A stretch of 64,000 bases of DNA. Source: Octopus sinensis (Eukaryota). Each line of letters begins with the position of its first letter. Position 1 is the stretch's first letter. Positions 52,637 through 64,000 of the stretch are shown piece by piece. A model generated the notes under the pieces. The model saw nothing but the letters and a program-made list of their open reading frames with translations. It made no database searches and was not told the DNA's origin. Made by a program: the position numbers and the translations under genes. The stretch is from positions 22,878,001-22,942,000 of the forward strand of contig NC_043016.1 of NCBI RefSeq assembly GCF_006345805.1, given 5' to 3'.

Positions 52637-52704
52637 CATCATTATTATTATTATAAAAATAAGCCCACCAATTTATAAGGGGCTAAGAGATAATATGATG
52701 ATAA

Positions 52705-52965
52705 TATTGGGTTGGTGCATAATTACTGCAGCTTTTTTTCTACAAATTTTATTCAACAAAAACAATAACAACATGTAACAAAAAACATCTTTAAATGATT
52801 ATTCCAGAGCATATTCACCATCTACTTCAATTACTGCTTCCCATTTGCTTTGCTTGGCAGACGGTCAGACCATCATTTAAAGATGTTTTTGTAAAATATT
52901 GTTATTGTTTTTGTTGAATAAAATTTGATGAAAAAGAGATGCAATAATTATGCTCCAACCCAATA
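52705..52965. mobile_element. Mariner-derived MITE with long inverted arms and TA TSD
   Basis: tattgggttggtgcataatta...catctttaaatga / tcatttaaagatg...taattatgctccaacccaata. The centre encodes KWEAVIEVDGEYALE* on the minus strand. Confidence 0.85.
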
Positions 52966-53082
52966 ATAAGAAGTACTATTTTTTTTCAATGATAATTTTT
53001 CAGTAGTTCATTTCATTCCTTCATTCATTTATTTATTTGTTATTCTTTTTTTTTTACGTTTTGGTTAATGATTTGGTTTCAG

Positions 53083-53171
53083 GTGAAAGAAATTTCACAG
53101 TCAAACATTCAAGAAATGTCTTCAGGAATGAAAATCCCCAAAACAATTCATAGTATGAATGCCTATCTTGG
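53083..53171 (+). CDS. AtuA/DUF1446-family protein, exon 4 of 5 seen
   Basis: gtttcag|gtg...ctt gg|gtaagt. Encodes VKEISQSNIQEMSSGMKIPKTIHSMNAYLG, phase 0 to 2. Confidence 0.9.
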
Positions 53172-56100
53172 GTAAGTAAATTAGTTTGGTGTATATTTAG
53201 TTATCGTTATTGTTACTGTTAGTTTGTCTTAGAGACCTTGTGCTTAAAGAGTAACAAACAGAAAGCAGTAACATTGTTTCTTCTACCTCTTCAGGAAAAA
53301 TATAACTATTGGCACACTCTCCTTATGTTCCCCCTCCCTGACCTGACTCCAACACTGAGCAGTAACTGTATTTATACCCACTTTAACTAGCATCATGCCC
53401 TGTACTGTAGATAAACTTATAGAAGACAATGGATATTCCCCAACTCCTACAACTTAAAGAATATATCTAACACAACCAAATTACATCATTGGTTAATTTT
53501 GTTGCTGTTTTATTTATTTATTTATTCACTTTAAAAAAAATGATGAATTGGTAAAATCATTAGATCATTGAACTGAATACCTTTAGTGCCTTTAGAATAA
53601 CTTGTAGTATTATTTCAGCTTTCTGCATCCTGAGTTCACATCCCACCCAGGTCAACATTTTCATTCATCATCATCATTATCAGCTTCATCAACCTTTGTA
53701 TATTGTTGTCTTAAGTCCCAGGTCTCATAGTGCTGGTTACCCACTTTTCATCCTGTATAATTGTCTGAGATCACAACATCCTCATTGAATGGGACACTAG
53801 TTCTTTGCGGAGCTACTCTTTACTGCTGAATGGAGGACTGGAGCAAAGTGAAATGCAATGCTTTACTCAAAGTCCAATACACTACCCAGTCAAGGAGTTG
53901 AAACCACGATCTTGCAACCTTAACCACTAGATTATGCATCTTCACTTTCAGTTTCAGGGCTGATAAAAATAAAGTATCAGTCCAGGACAGTTGGCAAAAT
54001 GCTTTGTGGTATTGTCCATGCTCTTGCATTCTGAGTTCAAACTTTACTGACACCAACAGCTATTTCAACTAATTACACAATAATGTGAGCACTCTATCCT
54101 ATCTGAAATTGGTCCTCAGTTGGCCAGCATAGACAGGTAGGTCTGCAGTCATCATCATAATCATCATCACTTAGCATCCATTTTCTGTGCTGGGATGGGT
54201 AAAACAGTTTTACTGGAGCTGGTGAGCCGGAGAGCTGCATCAGGCTCCAGTCTATTTTGGCTTGGTTTCTACAGCTGGATGCCCTTCCTAATGCCAACAA
54301 AATAATCTGGTAATGTCATGTAGAGACTTTGTCTAGTGGTAGATCAAAAGCAGCTGAATGGAAAAAAGATGTTTTTGTTTGTTGTTCTCAGAAACTTTTA
54401 TTTCCATTGAATAAAAATATACTGTCCCTAGTCTCATAAGAATTTGGAAATTTTGAGAGAATATGAAATAATCTGTTTTAAACAGTGGAACTCAAAATAT
54501 CAAAAAACTATAAATAATAGCATTTAAATATTGGGCTACAAAACCCCTTTGGATGGGAAAAGGTCTTTTTTTGTAACTATTTTTGGCATTTTGGCTATAA
54601 GTCAGCACAATCTTTAGCTTTGTTGGTAAGCTTTATGCACTACTACAGATATCATGATCATTTCCTGTTCTCAGGGTGCCTTTATTTGGGTTGGTAAATA
54701 TTAAATACTGTCTGATTTAACCATACCACTTTGTCCTAGGGTATCTTTAACAAAGTCCACTCTTTTGTAAGCATGTGGCCAGCAGAGGTTCACGTTCAGC
54801 ATCGGTCATATCAGTCTCACTATCTAGGAGGTCGGGGCCCACAAAAGTTAATGGGTGCTGCCCCTTTTACCCTAAGTATAAAATTTTTAAAAAATTAATT
54901 TAATTTAATAATAAGCATGGCTATATGGTAAGAAACTTGGCATTGCATTCAGTCCCACTGCAAGGCACCATGGGCAAGTGTCTTTTAGTATAGATTCAAG
55001 GTGATCAAAATCCTTGTAAGTGAATTTGGTAGAGGGAAAACTGTGTGGAGGCCCATCATATATATGTGTGTGTGTGTGTCCCCTTTTGTTTTGTCACCCA
55101 CCACTTGGTGTTGGTTTGTTTATGTCTCTGTAATATAGTGGTTTAGCAGAAGACACCAATAAAATAAGTACAAGACTTTAAAAACATATTCAACTAGGTT
55201 TGATTTGTTCAACTAAACCCATGGTTCTCAATCAGGATCTATATGACCCTTGGGGTCCATTTTTGCTGTTAAAGTTTATCTACAATAAATTGGTTATACT
55301 TTTACAATACTCAAAATATTTAAAAAAATCTTTTTGATACAAGTCCTAACAATATGTAATCATAAAAATATAACAGGGTTTTTTTAAACATGGAATGCTG
55401 TGGGTGACTAGTAGAGTAAAATTGGAATCAAAAGGGTCCATAGGTAAAAAAAAAAATAGTTGAAAGCCACTTAGCTAAACCCTTCAAAAGTGTGCTCCAG
55501 CATGGCCATAGTCCAATGTCTAAAACAAGTAAAAGATAATAAAATAAACAAATGCATGAATAATTGAGACAGCTGTTTGTAATCCAACCACAAGTACTAA
55601 ATTGTATTCATGAACAAACCATAATAAAACATTTTTTAGGGAGAGGTTAAGGACTGTCTGGATTGAAAAGGGGCTAGACAAATTTCCATGTTTAAATAAA
55701 TTAAATGATTTTAAACTTTGTAAACTTATCCAACATCACATCAAAGAAAGAATTATAAGAATGTAAACTGTGTTTTACTCATTCCCAATGTACTCTGGCC
55801 AATATGGGTGTGTGTGTGTGTGAATATCTGAGTGCTGTTGTCCCTTTTCAATAGATTCAGATGATGTGAGTTCATAACACATGATTCATTAGTAGAAGGG
55901 GACTTCAAAATACCACTGTGTTACTACCTAATTGTGTGTCTCTTCAGTGAAAGTTACTCCTCCTGACTGATGAATCCAACAAGCTCTTGTTTATAGAAAT
56001 CAGCAAACGAATTAGTTGCTATAAGTGAGAATTTGTGCTCTTGTTGGATTCATCAGTTTGGCTGGTTAGCTTTAGCTTTAGCTGAAGTGACACTGTAGTG

Positions 56101-57339
56101 TCTCAAAGTCGCCTTACACTAGTGAGCCATGTGTATTATTAACATACACTATCTAAAAGGAAGTGATATTCATGTTTAAATTTGCCAGAGTTGTGTTGGG
56201 AGTGAATAAATGTGTTATTGTTTGGATTCTCTCTGTTCCATGTGCACCCTATGCTTTCTTGTTAATAAAGAAAGAAAGATGGGGTAAAAATTTCACTAAA
56301 GACAGAGATAGGGGATTATCAATTTGTGGAACACTGCTCTAACAGATTCTTGTACTATCCAAGGAGGAGATTTCTCTCATTTGCTCAACATTATGGTAAA
56401 ACTGATGGAAAAAAAAAAGAAAGAACACTGATCAATAAATGCCAAACAATTTATTAAATCTACATACTACCACCATCAATCTTCTAGCTTTCTTATATTC
56501 ACTGCTTTTCTTTGAATTCTTTCTCTGCATATTCTCATGATATTTAGTGGTAGAATTAATAATGGTTTCCTCTCATCAGAACATCCTGACAAAAGTTTGA
56601 CCCACTTGTACCATCTTCCTATATTTTATTGTTTTGGTTTCCTGTTTTCTTGAATTAGTTATTGCAATATTGAATTGCAATATTGCTCGGGGTTTTTCTT
56701 TGTCTGAGATGATTGACATATCTCCCAGTGTCTTCTTCATATGTCGTCATTGTCGTCGCCGTCGCTGCCATCTCTGCCACTACTGCCGTCATCATCTTTA
56801 TTTAACATCAATTTCCATGCTGGAATGGGTTGGGCAGTTTGACAGTATCCAGTGAGGCATTTGGCTCCAGTGTCAGCTTTGGTATGGTTTCTACAGCTTG
56901 ATACCCTTCCTAATGCCAACCACTTCATTCAGTGTATTGGTTGCTTTTATTTCATGCTACAAGCATTTGTTAGGTTGCAAGACAGGAAAAGAACAAGAAA
57001 AGAAGAAAAAAAGCACCCTGTGACTAAGTAGTGGGGGGGGGGCGAAGCTTTGAGAGTGGGGAGAGGTACCTTTATGACAGGAATTGAGAGGTTATGATAC
57101 GTGGAGAATCACAGGTATCTTGCTAAAGAGGCAATACTTGACTACTCCAAAGGGGAAAATGTAAAGAAATAAGTTTACTCTAAAAGATATAGCTATAGTT
57201 AAATGAAGATGTAGAATTGGTAGATGCCATTGTGAAGAATGTGATTGAAAAAGAGAGTTCTAAAATTCAATCTTTACTGATGCAACAATGCTACTTTTGC
57301 TGCTACTGCTGCTGTTCCTTTCTACTATAAGCACAAGGC

Positions 57340-57552
57340 CAGAAATATTTTAGGGAAGTGGGGCTAGTTGATTACATTGACCCCAGTGTTCAACTGCTAT
57401 TTACTTTATTGACCTTGAAAGGATGAAAGGCAAAGTTAACCACAGCAAAACTTGGATCCAGAATATGAGGATGGGCAAAATGTCACTAAATATTTTGTCT
57501 GGTATACTAGCAAAAATAATAATCTTTTCTTCTTCTTCTTCTTCTACTACTT

Positions 57553-57596
<44 letters not shown>

Positions 57597-58200
57597 GTAA
57601 ATAACAACAACAACAACAACAATAATCTTTTCTCCTGGAAGCACAAGGCCTCAAATTTGGAGGACGGGATTAAGTTGATTACATCGATCCCGGTGCGTAA
57701 CTGGTACTCAATTTATTGACCCCCAAAATGATGAAAGGCAAAGTCGACCCTGGCAGCATTTGAACTCACAACGCAAAGACAGACAAAATACCATTAAGTA
57801 TTTTGCCCGGTGTGCTGACGATTTTGCCAGCTTGGTGCCTTTGTAATAATGATAATGATGATGATGATGATTTAGGCACAAGGCCAGTAATTTTGTTGGG
57901 TGGAAATTAGCTGATACCACTGATCATAGTACTGGATTGATCTTTTAATGACCCCCAGAGGGGTGAAAGAAAGGTAAACTTGACCATGGCAGCATTTGAA
58001 TTCAGAATGTAAAGAGCCCGAAGAAATACTGCAAAGTATTTTTTAAGACATTTAAGTGACTCTACCAGTTCACTGTCATGTTTCAAATAAGCAATGGACC
58101 TGAGAGGGGTGAGGCAGTAGTCAGTTAAATCAGTACCAGTATTTGACTGCTACTTTATTTTATTGACTCCAAACAGATGAAAGGCAGAGGGATAGAAGAA
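57340..58200 (-). mobile_element. Cluster of SINE family B copies with trinucleotide spacers
   Basis: Repeated ttttattgacccc...gatgaaaggcaaagtcgacc...atttgaactca motifs near 57410, 57715, 57950 and 58160. Confidence 0.8.
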
Positions 58201-59230
58201 TTTCCACAAGGCAACCCCCTGTTATAGTCCAACCTATGCTAGCATGGTGATGCTTATGATGATGATGATGATGATATATATATTCATCCTGTAAATACAG
58301 CCAGTTATTTGAGTTTTGTTGGCCCATAAATTTTATACAAGGAAAACAAGAGAGAAAAATTTCTTAACCTGTTTGTTCAGCTTATTTCTATTAACATACA
58401 CTGCCATACAATTGATTCTGAAAATAATGAAGAATAATTTACTTGGTTAACTTTGTTATTATTATCTAGTGTTTGGAACATTTTGATGGACTGTTTTGAT
58501 CTGGATCACTTTAACCCTTGTGTAACCATATTTCTGTCGATTATAATTAATTTTGAAATGTTGAAGAATTTACTAAATAGCTTTGTCATTATAATGTTTG
58601 GGACCATGAATTACCATAAAATTTTGATGGAATTTTTTTAATGATATTATTTTAAAACAGGTGGTCTCAGGTAAGTTGGTATAAAAAAATAAAGAATATA
58701 TAAAAAAAGTAAAGAATATATTGTATTTGATGGCGTATTACATACATGCCATTTTCAGCAGTGCATATTTAGGAAAAAATAAGTTTTTAGTGTAATATTT
58801 GCAGCCACTTTAACAGGGCTGTCTGTTTGAGTGGAGTTAATTGTGATTTTTTAACCCCAAGAGGACCTCTCCTCTAGCTGGTTAACGATGCACAGCTGCA
58901 GCCAATAAAATTGTGAGCAGTGGAATGAAAGTTTATGAGAGGCCCAGTTTCATATCTTGCATACCATCAAATGCAGTAGATATTTTCTTATGAGTCTATT
59001 GAGATTTAGATATATTTTATAGAAGGATCTGTATTCTTTTATTCTTATCTCATGACAAAAAGTCCTGTTTTCTGTAGCAAAAAAAGAATATTTGGGGTTC
59101 ATCCATGAAAGTTTGCTGTAAAAAAGAGGTAACAAAAGCAAATGGATGGAAAATTGTTAATTGTTTAATATATTCATTTATTTATTTATTAATTAATTAA
59201 TTTTTTTTCCTTTCACTCTTTTCATCAAAG

Positions 59231-59330
59231 TGCTGGTCCAATAGCAAGGGCCCTTGATCTTGGTGCTGATATTGTTGTTACAGGAAGGTGTGTTGACAGT
59301 GCTTTAGTTCTTGGACCTCTCATTCATGCT
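59231..59330 (+). CDS. AtuA/DUF1446-family protein, exon 5 of 5 seen
   Basis: ttcatcaaag|t gct...cat gct|gtaagt. Encodes [33 protein letters not shown], phase 2 to 0. Confidence 0.92.
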
Positions 59331-59561
59331 GTAAGTATTATAGAATACAAATTTATATTATAGAAAGTATTATACATAAAATAATTGCAGATGTGGTTGT
59401 GCAGTTAAGAAGCTTGCTTTCTAACCATGTGGTCTTGTGTTCAGCCCCACTGCACAGCACTTTGGGCAGGTATCTTCTGCTATAATCCTGGGTCAATGTG
59501 AGGGGCAAAAATTAAAAAGCCCATTGTATACATGTATATATATTTGTGTTTGTGTTAGGAA

Positions 59562-60182
59562 TGAGCAATAATCTTAGAGAGCTATGTGCTGAATGTGGCA
59601 TCAGTTTGATTTCCTCAAGTTTCTGGAGTGTATTCTAGATTGTTCAAGTTGTTTGAGGTCTTGTGTTGTCTTGCTGCAAAAGAGCTCACTTTTTTGTTAA
59701 CCAGTGCTGGGTACTTTTGCCATAGAATGGCATGTTCCTGTTGTGTGGAGTACAGATTGGCATCGATGGTTTGAAATGTATTTGTAGTGAATTATCCTCT
59801 TATAATTTCACCTGATATAGAGCATAACCCTGTGTTTGAAATGTCCATGTTTGGTGACAATTTCCAGAACATGGCCCTTGCTTAACCACTGCTTATGTTC
59901 ATTAGGATTGTGGGAAAATATCTCCCTCAGATTATTACTTGCTCCGATCCATGACTCACTTCTTGCGCTTGTAATACTTCATCAACCAAGAGGAGGTAGA
60001 AGTTTCAGTGAAGGAGTCCTTCACCTCAAAGGACAAGGACTGGTATTAGAATGGGATCAAAGAACTAATAGAAAGGTGGCTTGAGATGGCGAACTTGAAG
60101 GCTAGGCTGCTTTTATCGTAATGTGACAAATAAAGCAAATAAGTTACCAAAATATCAAAAAAACTTTTGATTCAGCACAATA
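59562..60182. mobile_element. Mariner C-terminal remnant with an internally inverted segment
   Basis: The minus strand of 59562-59900 gives ALLQQDNTRPQT...LMPHSAHSS. The plus strand of 59919-60110 gives PSDYYLLRSMTHFL...NQEEVEVSVKE...KDKDWY...ERWL. Confidence 0.65.
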
Positions 60183-60198
60183 TTACATGTAAGTATTA

Positions 60199-60660
60199 TA
60201 CAAGGTCTGATCAATAAGTATTTGGACTGTTGCTATAGTAATGAAGCTAAAACTTGCAGAGTGAAGCCACTTGGCAAAGATTGACTTTGAACTCTGCTGT
60301 GTATATGCACTAAGTTTTAACATTCTAGCTCACTTCCACTGTTTACAGCAGTGCTTGGAAGGAACGTGTGTAGTGTGTGATCATCACATTGACCATGACA
60401 GAGAAAGTTGTCATGGTAATATCTGTTCTGAGGCCTATGCAAAGTTGCAGAAAGTGTATGACAAGGAGTGTATGAGCTGCACACAAGTGTACGAGGGGTT
60501 CAGATGTTTCCAAGGTGGCTGAAAAATATCGGTATTGAACATTCTGGGAGACCTGCAACCAGTAGAACTGAGAAAAACATTGCAGATGTGTGAGCAGCTG
60601 TGAGGGGAATTTGTCAAATCACCATCCATGAGTTTCTCAGAGAATGTACAAATTAGTTAC
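60199..60660 (+). mobile_element. Mariner 5' end fragment
   Basis: TIR-like tacaaggtctgatcaataagtat, followed by AKLQKVYDKECMSCTQVYEGFRCFQGG...HSGRPATSRTEKNI. Confidence 0.7.
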
Positions 60661-62029
60661 TCAGTTCAGTTTTTAATGCTCCCTGCATTAAATACATTAA
60701 CACTATGTCATCACTTGACTTGCTAGAAATAGCAGTCAAATATCAGTGGACAATGTGGTGAAATATAGACACCTTTCCTGAAAAAAACCCCATTTATTAA
60801 AGGTAATACTGCTCCCCCACCTCTTTCCACAAGCACACAGAAAGAGATAAGTAATAAGTACAGGTATGGCTGTATGGTTAGAAGTTTGCTTCCCAACTAC
60901 ATAGTCTCTGGTTCAGTCCCACTACATGGCAAAGTCAACTCAGTCCCACTACAAAGCAAAGTCGACTCAGAACGTAACACCAAATGAAAAACCGCTAAAC
61001 ATTTCGCTCGGCATGCTAATATTTCTGCCAGCTCACCGCTTGCACACAGTTTCTGTCTATCCAATTTCACCAACAAGACTTGTAGTGACTGGATGCTATG
61101 ATAAAAGACACTTATCAAAGATACCTCAGTGAGTTTGAAACTAGGGCCTCATGATTTTGAAGTAAATATTATGAAGTTCTTGACCATTTATGCAGAAATT
61201 TGTCAATGCTATCAAAATGTTGGATTGTACTCTGCATTCAGATCCTGCTGGGATTAAATTTGTCTTTCATTCTTCCAATCTCCATGAAAAAGAAAAAAGT
61301 ACCCTTCTACAAAGATGTATTCATGGAAAGTTGTCAAGTCAGATGTCTTGCAATATTTGTTATGGCTCTGTACATTCTGAGTTCAAATCCTGCAATGACC
61401 TACATAGATGAATAGAATGAATCCATTGCTTGGTTAAACACCACCAGCTGACACCACCATAAATTAGTAGAGTCTACTCTGTTGCAAACATTTAGGTCAT
61501 GTCTCCATTTTAAAATATCTCCCTCCCTCCCTCCCTCCATCCCAAAGAGTTATGGGCACCACCTTCCTTCCTGACTAAAAATGTAGAAAAATAAATTCCT
61601 GTTTCCAACGCTCACAACTCGTATAAATGTTAAATATTTCTGTCTTCCCGATAATAACATAACGAAACCTAAAAAACAAAAAATTCTATATCAACTTGTA
61701 TTCTTGAGCTCACATGACCACCTCCCCCTGTGTTCCACCAAAACAAAAAAGGCAACAACCTGTAATTAAAAAAACAATATAGGTGTTGTTTATTTACTTA
61801 GGAATTGTATAGAAATGTCACCACTATACACCCACCTATCTACCTATGTCACATGACTCCAAGTAGCCGAATGTATATATATGATGCAAGTACTAAGTCT
61901 AATGAAGAGCTCTCCATGATAAGAAAGCAGGTCATTTCCTCCCCTGTGCTTGATTGTTGTTGTCACCCGGCTAATTATTATTTCCATTATTATTGTTGCT
62001 GTTGTTGCTACTGTTGACAATGATGAAAT

Positions 62030-62275
62030 TGCGGATTATGAATTATGACAACAACAACGATGATGATGATGATGATGATGATGATGAAAGTGATGATAGC
62101 AGTGACAGTGGTGGTGGTGGCGGTGGTGGTATTAGTGGTGGTGATGATGACGATGATGATGATGATAGAGAAGGAGGTGGAGATTGGTGATGATGATGAT
62201 GAAGGAGGTGATGGTGGTTGTGGGAGTGATGGTGGGGATGAGGGTGATGATGATGATGATGATGATGATACTATA
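62030..62275. repeat. (GAT)n/(GGT)n low-complexity tract
   Basis: Directly visible. Confidence 0.9.
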
Positions 62276-62714
62276 TTGTTGAGCTGTGATAAGCTCTTGG
62301 CAAATTGACTCTGTGACCTGGTTTTGATGAGCTTCTTTGCCCTCCTTTTTCCATTAATTCCCACTGGCATTTCGTTTGCAATTTGTATCAAATGCTGCTG
62401 TTGTAATAGGTAAAAGGCATGAACATTGCTTAATCTTGTTTCCTCTCTTTCACCTCCCCATTACTAACATAGGTCCTTGCAATTTTTTAAAAATGAATCA
62501 CTGTCTCCATTACCAAAACCTCCAATGCCATCACCACTGCCACCACCACCACCACCACCACCATCATCAGCATTATTGTCCCCTTTATCATTATGAAATT
62601 TTTACAATTATCATCACCATCTCAATCATCATTATTATCACTGCAGTTATCCTCCTCCTCCTCCTCCTCCTCCTCCTCATCATCATCATCTTCATCTTCA
62701 CACCATTAACACTG

Positions 62715-63000
62715 TCTTCCTTCTTGACTATTTGTGGATCAAAGGAAGCATGCAACGTCAACTATATAGCACATGTGGTGCACCTTGGCCATCACCACTC
62801 AGTCTGTTATGCTCTAGCACCTGATCTGTTTGGATTGAGAAATCCCAGAGGATTTTGCTATAGTCTCCACCTCTGTCACTCCCTGTGGTTTGTGCTCATA
62901 CCATGCTTGCCTCTCTCTAGTCCCACTTTTTGCAGTTTCCAATGTAGCACTGTCGTTACCTGGTTGTGTCACCACAACTTGTAGTGGTTTTTGGCAAGTC
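62715..63000 (-). mobile_element. R4/Dong-like REL-domain fragment
   Basis: Frameshifted LAKNHYK..HNQVTTVLHWKL...GLERGK...ASFDPQIVKKED matches the CCHC-to-REL region consensus (HD.V...HW.L...IDVA.PFD). Confidence 0.6.
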
Positions 63001-63169
63001 TAGGGAATAAGTTTGTGATACAGGCAATGGTTTCAGAAAACTGTCCCTGTTCTCACTGCAGACGATACACACACACACAGCATTACAAACACAGCCCGCA
63101 CACCTACTTTCGCATTTCATGACTACCGTTGGGATCGATCAGATACTGGGCAACAACAACAACACCAAT

Positions 63170-63299
63170 AATAATCCTTTCTACTATAGGTACAAGGACT
63201 GAAATTTTGGGAGAGGGAGCTAGCTGATTACATTGACCCCAGTCTTTCACTGGTACTTGATTTCGTCGGGCATGCTAACAATTCTGCCAGCTTGCTGCC

Positions 63300-63335
<36 letters not shown>

Positions 63336-63545
63336 GTTTTAAATTTTGCCACAAGGCCAGCAATTTTGGGAAAAGGGGAAAGTTGATTATATTGAACCCA
63401 GTGTTCAACTGGTACTTATTTTATCAATCCCATAAAAATGAAAAGCAAAGTCAGTCTCAGCAGAATTTGAACTCAGGGTGTAAAGATGAAGGAAATACCA
63501 CTAGGTATTTTGCCTGGCCTGCTAACAATTCTGCCAGCTTAGTAC
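63170..63545 (-). mobile_element. Two SINE family B copies separated by (AAT)n
   Basis: gattacattgaccccagt and aacaattctgccagctt motifs are repeated. Confidence 0.75.
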
Positions 63546-64000
63546 TAAGCAGGAAACAAAAATAAATCATAGTACAAACTGATTAGTGCAAGATTCAAAG
63601 ATGAAACTGAAAGTTCTGGAACAAATACTGTAAGGCATTGTTTCCTGGCACTGTAGCAATTCTACCAGTGTCCTACCTCAGATGATGCTGATGGTGTTGA
63701 TGGTAATAGGAATATGAATTGCTGCTGACTGTCTAACTACTCCCCACAGACTAACATTCTGTCTAAAGAGCCATTTGTAAAGGTCCACTTTAACACAACA
63801 CCTCGACATTGTCATCATCATCATCTCATGTGTATCCATTTTCCATGAGTTGGGTGGTTTGACAGGAGTTGGAAAGCCCAAGGTCTGCACTAAGCTTTAT
63901 TCCCTGCTTTGGCATGTTTTCTATGGATGGATGTCGTTCCTAACACAAACAATTTTACAGAGTGTATTGGGTGCTTTTATATAGCACCAACATCAGTGAG

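Noticed and set aside
62376-62984. 202-aa ORF with His and Leu runs
   Set aside because: It is composed of trinucleotide repeats plus the antisense strand of an R4/Dong fragment.

Overview
AT-rich, microsatellite-dense animal nuclear DNA. The repeat families and a cox3 NUMT that reads in the invertebrate mitochondrial code point to a mollusc, most likely Octopus (inferred from recalled families, not from a search). One host gene is visible. Five phase-compatible GT-AG exons on the + strand (41215-59330) splice into 163 uninterrupted codons of an AtuA/DUF1446-family protein. Its N-terminal exon and its later exons were not found in the window. The rest is transposon-derived: a young 5'-truncated RTE LINE with an open 933-codon frame and a C4HC3 (PHD-type) finger inside the RT domain, many RTE tails, three tRNA-derived SINE families, Penelope-like elements (PLEs), R4/Dong and CR1/L2 fragments, several mariner relics, a decayed hAT, MITEs and a small Helitron. 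The most notable signals are RNA structures. A perfect 130-bp spacer-less palindrome (40258-40387) encodes a hammerhead ribozyme fold on both strands and lies about 120 bp from the cox3 NUMT. A second, dimer-type minimal hammerhead lies in the 3' terminal region of an inverted PLE (32770-32823). All alignments and folds were done by eye. SINE and remnant boundaries are approximate to a few tens of bp.
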